NCBI GenBank assembly: GCA_024275415.1
Contig: JAJRZD010000086.1
Span: 1-28,591, forward strand
Length of the DNA stretch: 28,591 nt
Direction of reading: 5' to 3'
DNA from: an archaeon
GTDB taxonomy: Archaea; Asgardarchaeota; Thorarchaeia; Thorarchaeales; Thorarchaeaceae
A program made the translations under genes and the position numbers. Numbering within the stretch: the stretch's first letter is position 1; every line of letters starts with the position of its first letter. Below, piece after piece: positions 9,344 through 18,710 of the stretch. The notes beneath the pieces were generated by a model, which worked only from the letters and a program-made list of their open reading frames with translations, was not told the DNA's origin and did no database searches.

Positions 9344-9940
9344 GTGGTGAGCAATCCGTCATTCATATTCAAGGTCTGTGTCATTGGCAATGGAGGAGTT
9401 GGTAAAAGTAGTGCTGTTCGCAGATACTCAGAGGGCATCTTCTCAGAAGAATACCAAGTAACAGTAGGCGTCAGCCATTCATCCCATACAATCGTCTTTG
9501 AAGGGACTGACGGGCCTACTGCAGTGAAGGTCATAATCTGGGATCTGGGCGGGCAAGACAAGTTCCGGTTTGTTCGACCCATGTTCTATAGAGCAGCCCG
9601 AGGACTCGTCTTGATGTTTGACATTACTGATAAGAGGTCATTCGAGGATCTCCCACGGTGGCTGAACGAGGCTCGTGAGAACATAGGATATGAAGTTCCA
9701 ATTGTCCTTGTGGCAAACAAGGTCGATTTGCCGAACCACGAGATCTCAGAAGAAGAAATCATTCGCTATGCTGATTTTCTCGGTGCTGAATACGTCCTGA
9801 CTTCTGTCAAGACCGGAGAGAATGTAGAGAACATGTTCGCAAAGCTTGCGGAGGTTCTCTATACGAATAGGGAGTCGGGAATACAGACAGGAACAAAAAA
9901 AATGGTTGAAATAACAACATCTTCTCAGGCAACTAGCTGA
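9344..9940 (+). CDS. Rab-like small GTPase (Ras superfamily)
   Basis: G1 GNGGVGKS, G2 T in QVTVG, G3 WDLGGQ, G4 NKVD, G5 TSVK. RabF-like motifs KVIIW, KFRFVR, FYRAA and LMFDIT. No C-terminal Cys. Confidence 0.93.
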   Translation: MVSNPSFIFKVCVIGNGGVGKSSAVRRYSEGIFSEEYQVTVGVSHSSHTIVFEGTDGPTAVKVIIWDLGGQDKFRFVRPMFYRAARGLVLMFDITDKRSFEDLPRWLNEARENIGYEVPIVLVANKVDLPNHEISEEEIIRYADFLGAEYVLTSVKTGENVENMFAKLAEVLYTNRESGIQTGTKKMVEITTSSQATS

Positions 9941-10081
9941 TGCAGGTGTATGCGTATTTGCGAAGATGTACGAGCAACTATATGGATATACGTCGTGTTG
10001 GATGCCAACTGCAGTCTGCGGGAGGGCTATATGACCCATCATCTAGCCTTTGTTTAGTTCCATTCTTGGTTTCCTTCTACT

Positions 10082-11872
10082 TCATAGTCTGTGACGAGCC
10101 CTGAATCTTGCTATCGCATCTGGTCCGGTTCTACCAAATCGTTTGTCGAGTTCCTCCTTTGAGATACGGATGATAGTCGGACGACCGTGGGCACAGTGAT
10201 ATTTCCCTTCGGTCGCGAACAATTCAGCTATCAGCCTTCGTGCTTCTTCATGTCCTATCTTCTGACCCGAGCGTATCGCAGCATGACATGCCGTGAGCCT
10301 TACGAGGTCGTCCATGAACTCGTTCATAGCAAGTCCCTCTCCAAGTTCGAGGATCCTGTCTACTAACGCAAGCATTTCATTCTCAGAGGCTCTTTTTCCC
10401 AGAATCTCAGGCAGGGTAGAAATCAGGATTTCATTCCCCCCAAAACTAGCGATGGAATATCCTAGCTTCTCCAGAGTTTCACCAAGCCCGAGAACCCTTT
10501 CAGCCTCGCTAACACCTAATCTCAACACAATGGGTTCCAGAAGCTCCTGAACCATGGCATTTCCTTCGCTGACTTGCTTTTTCAATTTCTCATAGAGGAT
10601 CCGCTCGTGTGCAGCGTGCTGGTCAACAATGACTAGTCCGTTCTCTGTTGCAATGACGATATAGACCATGCTTACCTGACCAAGGATGTTGAGGATCCTG
10701 CCAATCTCTTTGATGTCCAATTCTGCAACGTTTGAGGGCACTGGTTCCACAAGCATCGTTTCCTCAAGTAGTAGAGCCCGTCCTTCTGCCCTCGCGCTAT
10801 CTGCGTCAGGGAATATACTCGTTTCCTCTTGTTCGACCATCTCAGATTCCACAAGATACTCCAAGGACTCTGATCTGACTGCTGGTTTGATATCCAGAAG
10901 TACATTCGTGATGACAAATCCTAGAGTTTCTCTTATCAAGTCAAAATCTTGAACCCTGACCTCTTTTTTAGTGGGATGGACATTCGGGTCGACCTTCTCT
11001 GGCTCCAGTTCTATATCCAGCACAAAGATTGGATATCTACCTCTCATCAGGAGTGAGGAATAAGCAGTTTCTACCACTCTTTCCAGCGAAGGGTCAGATA
11101 TAGGGCGTTTCCTGATTGAGAAGAACTCTCTCCCGCGGTTTCCGCGAGATATTATGGGATTCGTAACGAACCCCTTAATGACAATCCTATTGCTGTAATT
11201 CACTTCTATCAGATTGTCCGCAACGTCAGGGCCCAACAGTGCGCGGATGCGTTCTTGAGGAGTCTGATTGCTGGGACAGTCAAAGACAGTCTTCTCGTCA
11301 CGCAGGAATCTGAATCCGACGTCATTCCGGACGATAGCATGTTTCATGATCGCAGCAAGCACTCGTTGGCTTTCCACTCTAGGTTCTGCCAGATGTTTCC
11401 TTCTTGCTGGAATAGTACTGAAGAGGTTACGTACGTCTACAGTTGTTCCTTGGGGTCTCGTGGCATCAGTGATATCGGGAATCTGCCCGGCCCTAGATTT
11501 GATACATGACCCAATCTCTTCGTCTTTGTGACGGGTTGTCACTTCAAGATCCGCGACTGCTGCAATACTGGCGAGTGCTTCCCCCCTGAAGCCATAGGTC
11601 ATAATCCTCTCTATATCATCTCGTGATGCAATCTTGCTCGTAGAATGTCTTATGGTCACAACGGGACAGTCTTCTTTGAGGATGCCCTCCCCGTTATCCG
11701 ATACCGTGATAGAATCGATTCCACCTTTCTCTATCCTTATGTCAATGTTGGTGGCGTTGGCGTCAAGAGAATTCTCGATAAGCTCTTTGACGATTGACGC
11801 TGGATTCTCTATGACCTCACCTGCCGAGATCAATGATACCAATGACTCGTCTAAAACTCTAATCTTTCCCAT
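10082..11872 (-). CDS. mutL: DNA mismatch repair endonuclease MutL
   Basis: GHKL motifs ISAGEVIENPASIVKELIENSLDA, DNGEGI, HSTSKI and GFRGEALASI; VDPNVHPTKKEV; endonuclease motif DQHAAHERILYE; QELLEP; ACH; CAHGRP. Confidence 0.96.
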   Translation of the reverse strand: MGKIRVLDESLVSLISAGEVIENPASIVKELIENSLDANATNIDIRIEKGGIDSITVSDNGEGILKEDCPVVTIRHSTSKIASRDDIERIMTYGFRGEALASIAAVADLEVTTRHKDEEIGSCIKSRAGQIPDITDATRPQGTTVDVRNLFSTIPARRKHLAEPRVESQRVLAAIMKHAIVRNDVGFRFLRDEKTVFDCPSNQTPQERIRALLGPDVADNLIEVNYSNRIVIKGFVTNPIISRGNRGREFFSIRKRPISDPSLERVVETAYSSLLMRGRYPIFVLDIELEPEKVDPNVHPTKKEVRVQDFDLIRETLGFVITNVLLDIKPAVRSESLEYLVESEMVEQEETSIFPDADSARAEGRALLLEETMLVEPVPSNVAELDIKEIGRILNILGQVSMVYIVIATENGLVIVDQHAAHERILYEKLKKQVSEGNAMVQELLEPIVLRLGVSEAERVLGLGETLEKLGYSIASFGGNEILISTLPEILGKRASENEMLALVDRILELGEGLAMNEFMDDLVRLTACHAAIRSGQKIGHEEARRLIAELFATEGKYHCAHGRPTIIRISKEELDKRFGRTGPDAIARFRARHRL

Positions 11873-11874
11873 CT

Positions 11875-13437
11875 TTATGACGCTCGGTTCTTCGTGTAGA
11901 CGACTTCGCCACCCATCACAGTCATTTCTATCTCAATGTCATTGATTCTTTGAGGTGGTGTTGCAAGGATATCATTGGACAGAACAACAAAGTCTGCCCT
12001 GTTCCCGACCCGGATACTTCCGACTGTATGTTCGATGAATGATGCGTAGGCACTTTCCATCGTGTAGCATCGCAACGCCTCTTCGACAGTGATTCGTACT
12101 TTCGGGTTTGGATGAGTAGTTGCTGCTTGAATCCCATAGAGTGGACCAAGAGGCATCCCGTCAGATCCAAAGCACATTCTTGCGCCATTATCGAGAGCGA
12201 GTCTGAACGTGTTCATGTTCTCGACCCTTTCCTTGTGGAGTCGTTGATAATAGAGACCTCCCTCATGTTGCCATTTTGCCACAAAGTTTGGCTGCATAGA
12301 GAGGATGATACCCAATGTGACTGCACGACGTATCTGTTCCTCCGAGATCATCTCTGCATGTTCTAGTCTATGGCGTTGTTCTCTCACCAAGTCCTTCTCA
12401 GTATCTGATAGTTCCTCGAAGGCTGAGATGACTGTTTCAATCGCTCTATCTCCAATCGCATGAATTGCCGTCTGGATTCTACCTGCGATGGCTTTCTTGA
12501 GAATTTTTACTAGTTGTTTCTTCTCAATAAGAAGCTCGCCAAGATTCTCCTTTTGTCCTTTATATGGGTTGAATACAGCTGCCGTACGCGCTCCAATAGA
12601 ACCATCCATGAATATCTTCAAGGCCCCTATACGGGTGAGGGGCGTTCCCATACCTGTTGTTATCCCAAGTTTGAGGAGATGGTTCAACTGGTTCAAGGGG
12701 ATGTTCACTACAATCCTTGATGACATCTCGTTCCTATGTTCGACCTCCCGTATTTCACGAAGATAGCCTTGTGCAACATTATCTATTGCAGTAGTGATAC
12801 CATATGAAGCCGCAATTCGAGTCCCTGCAACGATAGCATTCTGGATCTCATGTGGAGTGCCTCGGATTTTGTTGCTCACCTCATCAATTTCCTTAAGCAC
12901 ACCAGTCGGGTTTCCTTCATCGTCTTTCTCAACCCCTCTGTGACCCAGATCAACGCCAGTCTTTTCCAGTCCGAGGCTGTTGACTGATGTGAGATGTCCA
13001 TCAATACGTATTGCTGCAACTGGTTGTCTTGTGCTCACCTTGTCAAGGTCTCTTAGAGTAAGGTATCGTTTCGTCTTCCATCCGCTCTCGTCATATCCCC
13101 ATCCAATTATCCAGTTCTTGGGTTTCGCTGACTTGGCATACGCCTTGAGGGCTTGGACGGCTTCTTGAGGAGAGGTAGCCTTTGTCAGGTCTGCCTGTGT
13201 GGATCTTATGCCAGTAGTTGTGAGATGCGTGTGAGCATCCACAAATCCCGGAACTACAGTCTGCCCGCCGAGATCCATCACTCGCTTCGCGTGGGGAAGA
13301 AGATCCATAACCATGTCGTTGCCGCCAACAGCGATGATCTTGAAGCTCTTGGCGGCCAATGCCGATGCCTTGGGTTTCTTTGGATCCATGGTTATTATGT
13401 TTGCATTGACCACTATGAGGTCTGCCTTCAGTTTCAA
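11875..13437 (-). CDS. Metal-dependent amidohydrolase, YtcJ/Amidohydro_3 family
   Basis: PGFVDAHTH, KIFMDGSIG, HAIGDRA, RLEHAE, SMQPNF, FGSDG and GSIRVGNRADFVVL. The start is placed at TTG 13437 (MKLKADLIVVNANIITMD) after a GGGAGAG RBS-like motif, rather than at the track's 13467. Confidence 0.88.
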   Translation of the reverse strand: MKLKADLIVVNANIITMDPKKPKASALAAKSFKIIAVGGNDMVMDLLPHAKRVMDLGGQTVVPGFVDAHTHLTTTGIRSTQADLTKATSPQEAVQALKAYAKSAKPKNWIIGWGYDESGWKTKRYLTLRDLDKVSTRQPVAAIRIDGHLTSVNSLGLEKTGVDLGHRGVEKDDEGNPTGVLKEIDEVSNKIRGTPHEIQNAIVAGTRIAASYGITTAIDNVAQGYLREIREVEHRNEMSSRIVVNIPLNQLNHLLKLGITTGMGTPLTRIGALKIFMDGSIGARTAAVFNPYKGQKENLGELLIEKKQLVKILKKAIAGRIQTAIHAIGDRAIETVISAFEELSDTEKDLVREQRHRLEHAEMISEEQIRRAVTLGIILSMQPNFVAKWQHEGGLYYQRLHKERVENMNTFRLALDNGARMCFGSDGMPLGPLYGIQAATTHPNPKVRITVEEALRCYTMESAYASFIEHTVGSIRVGNRADFVVLSNDILATPPQRINDIEIEMTVMGGEVVYTKNRAS

Positions 13438-13503
13438 CGCAATTCTCTCCCACTCATAGTGGCACAACCTGCATATATTTGGCTTGCTACTAAGGCTGGT
13501 AGA

Positions 13504-14148
13504 CTATTTCTTCGTTTTCTCCCAATCTGCAAGGAACCTTTCTATACCAATATCTGTAAGAGGATGGGTCACCATCTTGTCAAGGACTGCTGGGGGAATC
13601 GTTGCGATATCTGCCCCGAGCAGGGCAGCCTCGTAGACATGGATTGGGTGTCTGATACTGGCAACGATAATCTCAGTGGCAAAACCATAATTTGTGTATA
13701 TCTCCGCTGTGTCTGCGATGAGCTGCATCCCAGTGTGACCGATATCATCAAGGCGGCCGATGAATGGAGATACAAAAGTCGCTCCAGCTTTTGCTGCAAG
13801 GAGTGCCTGATTGGCACTGAAGCATAGCGTGACGTTGGTTTTGATGCCTTCAGTAGAAAGTGTCTTGACTGCTTTCAGTCCTTCCCAAGTAAGCGGTATC
13901 TTGATGGCTGCGTTCTCGATCCAGCCATTAAGTTCTCTCGCTTCTTTTATCATTCCGTCCGCATCTTCAGAGATGACTTCTAGGCTGATGGGCCCTTGCA
14001 CGAAGGAGGCAATCTCTAAGATGACTTCTTTGAAGTCGCGGCCTTCCTTTGCGACAAGTGATGGATTGGTCGTTACGCCATCCACCATGCCTCTCTCATG
14101 TGCTTTTCGTATGGCATCAACATTTGCAGTGTCAATGAAGAATTTCAT
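13504..14148 (-). CDS. tal: Transaldolase (short TalC/FSA family, transaldolase-type active site)
   Basis: [16 protein letters not shown] and the Schiff-base Lys in AAIKIP. The Glu in ISLEV and the Phe in SPFIGR are the transaldolase-type residues (FSA has Gln/Tyr). Confidence 0.92.
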   Translation of the reverse strand: MKFFIDTANVDAIRKAHERGMVDGVTTNPSLVAKEGRDFKEVILEIASFVQGPISLEVISEDADGMIKEARELNGWIENAAIKIPLTWEGLKAVKTLSTEGIKTNVTLCFSANQALLAAKAGATFVSPFIGRLDDIGHTGMQLIADTAEIYTNYGFATEIIVASIRHPIHVYEAALLGADIATIPPAVLDKMVTHPLTDIGIERFLADWEKTKK

Positions 14149-14220
14149 ATGATCCTCTCGTGGTCGGTTCTGATTTTGTCTGAGAGATTCGGAGAGTTAT
14201 ATATTACATTGTCTGTTCAT

Positions 14221-14886
14221 TCACTTGGAGGTCTGACAGGCTGCACGAAGATTCTTTACCGCCTGTCCGATGTCCTTTGCCTTGAATACCGCAGATCCGG
14301 CGATGAAGAAGTTCGCCCCAGCCTCATAAAGATATCCGATAGTTGTGGTGTCCACTCCTCCATCAATCGCAATATGCACCTCTGGCTTCAATTCATCTAG
14401 TATCTGCCTGAGTTTTCTCGTTTTCTCAAGTGCGTTCGGGATGAACTTCTGTCCTCCAAACCCGGGACAGACACTCATCAGAAGGACTGCATCGAGCTTG
14501 TCAATCAGAGGCTCCACCCATTCAACAGGTGTGCCTGGATTGAGGGTTATCCCTGCTTTCGCCCCCAAGTCAGTGATGAGTTGCACGGTGCGATAGACAT
14601 CATACGGGGCCTCGATGTGTGGGTAGATGAGTCCCACTCCTGCGTCCACGAATTTCGGGATGTATTTGTCAGGATTCGTTATCATGAGATGTGCGTCAAG
14701 AGGCTTTTTCGTTATCCTGCGCATGGTTCGGGCAATCATTGGGCCATATGATATATTGGGCACAAAGTGTCCATCCATAATGTCAAGATGGAAGTAGTCG
14801 GGATTCCCACTCTCGGCCTTTCTGATATCCTCCTCTAATCGTGCAAAGTTGGCTGAGAGAATCGAAGGGGAAATGATAGGTTCCAT
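14221..14886 (-). CDS. rpe: Ribulose-phosphate 3-epimerase
   Basis: ISPSILSANF, HLDIMDGHFVPN, DAHLM, LMSVCPGFGGQKF, IDGGV and AGSAVF. Confidence 0.96.
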   Translation of the reverse strand: MEPIISPSILSANFARLEEDIRKAESGNPDYFHLDIMDGHFVPNISYGPMIARTMRRITKKPLDAHLMITNPDKYIPKFVDAGVGLIYPHIEAPYDVYRTVQLITDLGAKAGITLNPGTPVEWVEPLIDKLDAVLLMSVCPGFGGQKFIPNALEKTRKLRQILDELKPEVHIAIDGGVDTTTIGYLYEAGANFFIAGSAVFKAKDIGQAVKNLRAACQTSK

Positions 14887-15124
14887 GGTATGACTTCCTT
14901 GCTCGTTGCAAGTTGAACATTGTTTCCTTGTTTTTTAACATATCCAAATCGTGATGAGCCACAAAGCTAAACCACCACATGAACTCGATATGACTTCGAT
15001 GGAACCTTGAACACTCCTCTATTTTCTCTTTTTACCGAGTGCGCGTCCGCTAGTCCATTACAATCTCAAAGGCACCTTTGCTCGGACAAAGACCATGCAA
15101 TGACCATCTGGCGTCATCATTTAT

Positions 15125-15946
15125 CTATTTGTTTGGAAATGGTACCAGAATCTGAAGATTCTCGTTGAACATGTGCTTTAGGAAGCGACGAGAAACGATA
15201 AGTGCGTCAATCACACAGGCGAGGAATATCATGATGAAGATGATGACTTGATACAATGCAGCATAGATTGGCGAGGCACCACCCACAATCAGTCCACTCA
15301 TGAATCCAGGTATCGTCACAATGCCAAGTGCAGCGTATCGATTCAGGTTTGGCAGCAGGCCTGTCCGTATGGCTTCTCTGATGGTCAGTTCGGTTGCCTG
15401 ATATGCCGTTGCTCCGAGAGCAAGAGCCGATTCAAGCATCCCTCGTTGTTTTTGAGCATTAGACCACATCCTATCGATGACCAAAGCTGAGATGTTCATT
15501 GCGTTCCCGATTACCATCCCCCCCATAGGGATCATCATTTCGCCTGATAGCTCCACGACTCCAAGCAACCATGCAATGGTCATGACTGACAGCCCTCCGA
15601 CGAGTATCCCAGGCAGTGCCGTGGCGAAGACTCCTGGGATTTCGTCTAGGTTCTGTCTTGCAGTATAAGCTGCGAAGAGTGACATTACTGCTAACACAGC
15701 AAGAATCAACACGATGTTGTCGAACTCGAATATCTGTGTCAGTATCAGTGCCATTAGAATGATCTGGGCTGTGCCTCGAATGGTTCCAACTACAAGTTTC
15801 GAACCTATTCCTAGTCCCTGCCATTTCGATATGATGATCAGCATGGCAAGCAATACTAAAGCTGCAAGATACGAATTGAATGCAGCAATCACCTCATCGG
15901 TGACAAGCCCACTAAGATATGCTATCAGGTCGAACTCTGCCTGCAT
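15125..15946 (-). CDS. fetB: ABC transporter permease, FetB/YbbM (UPF0014) family
   Basis: RGTAQI, IPMGGMVIGNAM, ESALALGAT, LPNLNRYAALGIVTIPGFMSGLIVGGASPIYAALYQ. Confidence 0.85.
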   Translation of the reverse strand: MQAEFDLIAYLSGLVTDEVIAAFNSYLAALVLLAMLIIISKWQGLGIGSKLVVGTIRGTAQIILMALILTQIFEFDNIVLILAVLAVMSLFAAYTARQNLDEIPGVFATALPGILVGGLSVMTIAWLLGVVELSGEMMIPMGGMVIGNAMNISALVIDRMWSNAQKQRGMLESALALGATAYQATELTIREAIRTGLLPNLNRYAALGIVTIPGFMSGLIVGGASPIYAALYQVIIFIMIFLACVIDALIVSRRFLKHMFNENLQILVPFPNK

Positions 15947-15949
15947 CTG

Positions 15950-16597
15950 TCACTTTCCCTCCTGTTCTCCAGTTATCTTGACTAACCTGTCAGTGAATCT
16001 TTTTGCCTGTGCTGGATTGTGAGTGACTATAAGCACACCGATCTTTCTTTCGGCAATGATTGACCCAATGGCTGATTCGACCATCAAAGTAGATTTCTCA
16101 TCCAATGCGGACGTTGGCTCGTCAAGGAGAAGAACCTCTGGCTCCAGCAACAATGCCCTAGCAAGAGCTACCCTCTGCTTCTCACCGCCTGATAGATTTC
16201 CTGCAATATCATCAAGACAGTCACAGTTCAGGTTCACTTCTTCCAATGCAGATTCCAATTTCCCCTCAGAGGCATGAAGCTTGTGAATTGAGAGACCCCA
16301 TTGTAGATTATCTCGTACGGTTCCCGGAAACATGGATGCCTCCTGAGGAACCAGTATCATCTTTCGTCTAAGTTCGCGTGGTTCATACTCTGTGATTGAG
16401 ACCCCTTTGAACAAGACTGTACCTGTCGTAGGCGTGAGAAGATTCACAACGATTCTCAGGATCGTACTCTTTCCAGATCCTGAAGGTCCAGTAATCCCTA
16501 CAGTTTCGTTGATTTCCAAATCCAAGTCAAAACCAGCGAAAAGGACAGTATCGTTGAACTTCATAGATATGTTCCTTAATTCTAGAAGGTGTGTCAT
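15950..16597 (-). CDS. fetA: ABC transporter ATP-binding protein, FetA/YbbL-like
   Basis: Walker A GPSGSGKST, signature LSGGEKQ, Walker B LLLDEPTSALD, H-loop VTH. Lies 3 bp upstream of the fetB-like gene. Confidence 0.82.
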   Translation of the reverse strand: MTHLLELRNISMKFNDTVLFAGFDLDLEINETVGITGPSGSGKSTILRIVVNLLTPTTGTVLFKGVSITEYEPRELRRKMILVPQEASMFPGTVRDNLQWGLSIHKLHASEGKLESALEEVNLNCDCLDDIAGNLSGGEKQRVALARALLLEPEVLLLDEPTSALDEKSTLMVESAIGSIIAERKIGVLIVTHNPAQAKRFTDRLVKITGEQEGK

Positions 16598-16640
16598 CGC
16601 GGTCAGATCCGTTCATATTCTCAAATTTAGTCGCGAGTCA

Positions 16641-18263
16641 CTAGCTTGAGGAATACAAGTCACTCTTATGTGTTGGGAAAATGGTAAAGCCTATGAACCT
16701 CTTCTCAAAGGCCTTTCTCCCGGCGAGGCTGATGTAGTGTGTGGACTTTGCGACCATCTCAGCTTCTTTTCTCATATCAGATGATACGAGCATCATCTTG
16801 GCCCCTAATCCTGCTGTGTTCCCGACTTGCTTGATATTTTCTTTGGACACTGGAGGTAACAATCCAATGGACAGTGCAGCACTTGGGTCGATGTAGTTCC
16901 CAAATGCACCAGCTAAGATGATAGCATCGACCATCTCAAGAGGCACACCTGTTTCTGCCAACAGTACCTCGGCCCCGGCACGTATTGCAGCTTTTGCCAG
17001 TTGGATCTGTCGGACATCTTTCTGAGTGAATAGGATTCTCTTCTTTGCGGAGTATTCTCCTTCTTCAACGACAATGAATGCTCGTCCAAAGGAACCACCC
17101 TCGATAGTTCGGGGTGAATCCAGTATCCTGCCCTCGGGCGTCAGGACGCGATGATACAACATTTCCGCGACCACATCCACTATCGCAGACCCACACAACC
17201 CCCGAGGTATGACATCTCCGCTAATTGACAACTCTGGTGTCCTCATCTCTGCATCAAAGGTCACATGCTCGATGGCTCCGACCTGTCCGCGCATTCCATG
17301 AGTGACAGAGGCTCCTTCGAATGCCGAACCCGCGGCAGTGGAACAGGCATAGACATGTCCATCATGGGAAAGCACGATTTCCCCGTTCGTTCCTATGTCT
17401 ATTGCAAGGTAGGTGTTCTTGGTCTGGTGTAGTCCCTGTGAGAGGATGAGCGCAACAGTGTCGCTACCAATGAACCCTCCAATCAAAGGTGCAGCGTACG
17501 CCTCTCCTTTGATCGTTGAGAAACGTAACTCATCCGTATGCAATGTCAGACCCTCTGTCCTGCTCGGAACATAAGGCGCACGGCTTAGCTTGGAGATATC
17601 TAGTCCTAACACAAAGTGATGCATCACAGTGTTGCCAACAAAGCAGAGCAGGGTCAATACATCTGGCGTCAGCGAGAATTCCTTCAAGAGATTCAGACAC
17701 AACGATTCAATGGTATCGACAATTATCTTTTGAAGCATCACTGCATTCTTCGCATCTTTCTCAGAATAGACAAGCCGCGAAATCACATCATCACCATATG
17801 CGACCTGAGGATTCAGCACCGAGGTAACACCTAACTGGTCGCCTGTTTCTAGGTCTAATAGATATGCCACGACAGTAGTGGTGCCAACATCGATAGCGAT
17901 GCCATATTCTCCTTCTCTTCCTTGATCCACAGGTACCGAAACCTTTGAAACATTGGATTCATCCAAGATGGTTGCTGTTTTGAGCACATCGAGAAGTACC
18001 ACTCTCGTATCTGAATGGACTATATGCTGACAAGCAAGACGGACTCCTTGCTCGATTTCGTCTTCATTCAGGTGGAGTCTGTCTTGAGTTGTGGGCATAC
18101 GTTCTGGGAATAGCATGACTCTACATTTCCCACAGGTACCCTGGCCTCCACAATCTGATGTGACATAGTAACCGCAGTTTCTGATAGCCTCAAGGATCGA
18201 TATTCCTTCTCTCACTAGGCTTCGTTGACCGGACGGTAGAACGACCAAATGATGGTATTTCAC
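16641..18263 (-). CDS. Reductive activator of corrinoid proteins (RACo; 2Fe-2S plus ASKHA/DUF4445)
   Basis: N-terminal CGGQGTCGKC...RLAC [2Fe-2S] motif; GIAIDVGTTT; NPQVAYGDDVISR; IDIGTNGE; STAAGSAFEG; GLCGSA; LFTQKDVRQIQLAKAAI; LAGAFGNY; VGNTAGLGA. Confidence 0.92.
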   Translation of the reverse strand: MKYHHLVVLPSGQRSLVREGISILEAIRNCGYYVTSDCGGQGTCGKCRVMLFPERMPTTQDRLHLNEDEIEQGVRLACQHIVHSDTRVVLLDVLKTATILDESNVSKVSVPVDQGREGEYGIAIDVGTTTVVAYLLDLETGDQLGVTSVLNPQVAYGDDVISRLVYSEKDAKNAVMLQKIIVDTIESLCLNLLKEFSLTPDVLTLLCFVGNTVMHHFVLGLDISKLSRAPYVPSRTEGLTLHTDELRFSTIKGEAYAAPLIGGFIGSDTVALILSQGLHQTKNTYLAIDIGTNGEIVLSHDGHVYACSTAAGSAFEGASVTHGMRGQVGAIEHVTFDAEMRTPELSISGDVIPRGLCGSAIVDVVAEMLYHRVLTPEGRILDSPRTIEGGSFGRAFIVVEEGEYSAKKRILFTQKDVRQIQLAKAAIRAGAEVLLAETGVPLEMVDAIILAGAFGNYIDPSAALSIGLLPPVSKENIKQVGNTAGLGAKMMLVSSDMRKEAEMVAKSTHYISLAGRKAFEKRFIGFTIFPTHKSDLYSSS

Positions 18264-18454
18264 ACACTGTCACCTATCATGTATTGGGATGTGGACTTTC
18301 TAATCCCTTTCTGGCCTTTATGAGGATACCCGACAATGCTGTGAGAACACTTCCGGGCGTTCCTTCTATTCTCACACCGCCTATTAGAAGAGTTGACTGT
18401 TCTGTTGAGCAATCGAACAAGATAGACACGCTTCGATGTTCTCCACAGGCTGAT

Positions 18455-18473
18455 ATTTCTTAAGAGTAGTGGC
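18455..18473 (-). promoter_or_regulatory. 19-bp element, copy 1, upstream of RACo
   Basis: ATTTCTTAAGAGTAGTGGC is identical to 20512-20530. The minus strand reads GCCACTACTCTTAAGAAAT, with a TATA-like TTAAGAAA. Confidence 0.6.
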
Positions 18474-18630
18474 GTGAAGCAACGAACGTGGGATTTGGTC
18501 AACTAACATGCTGTTGCGAACATCTGTAAGAATCCCGGTCACAGCCACCTCTTCCTATGCACATTCCGCTCGTAAGAGTGAACAATTGCTCGGAATGATA
18601 TTCTTTTCAATTCGGAGCTAAGATATGCCA

Positions 18631-18644
18631 AAGGTCTTAATATA
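18631..18644 (+). promoter_or_regulatory. Probable BRE/TATA promoter of the CPBP gene
   Basis: AAGGT-CTTAATATA: a purine-rich stretch followed by a TATA-like box, upstream of the ATG at 18711. Confidence 0.4.
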
Positions 18645-18710
18645 GTGGGGATAGTCTGTCAATGTGCCGTTGTAGCGAAGAAAGTGGAGATTCGCAACGT
18701 GAAGAACGAT

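Noticed and set aside
13153-13827. 224-aa plus-strand ORF and the many other short antisense or overlapping ORFs in the track
   Set aside because: They lie opposite or within well-supported genes, have atypical composition and show no motifs; these are shadow ORFs.
18264-18454. Cobalamin riboswitch call
   Set aside because: I could not find the conserved core (GGGAA...GGTG..AATCC, GCCCCCGCAACTGT, AGYCAG). It is kept only as an unexplained leader.
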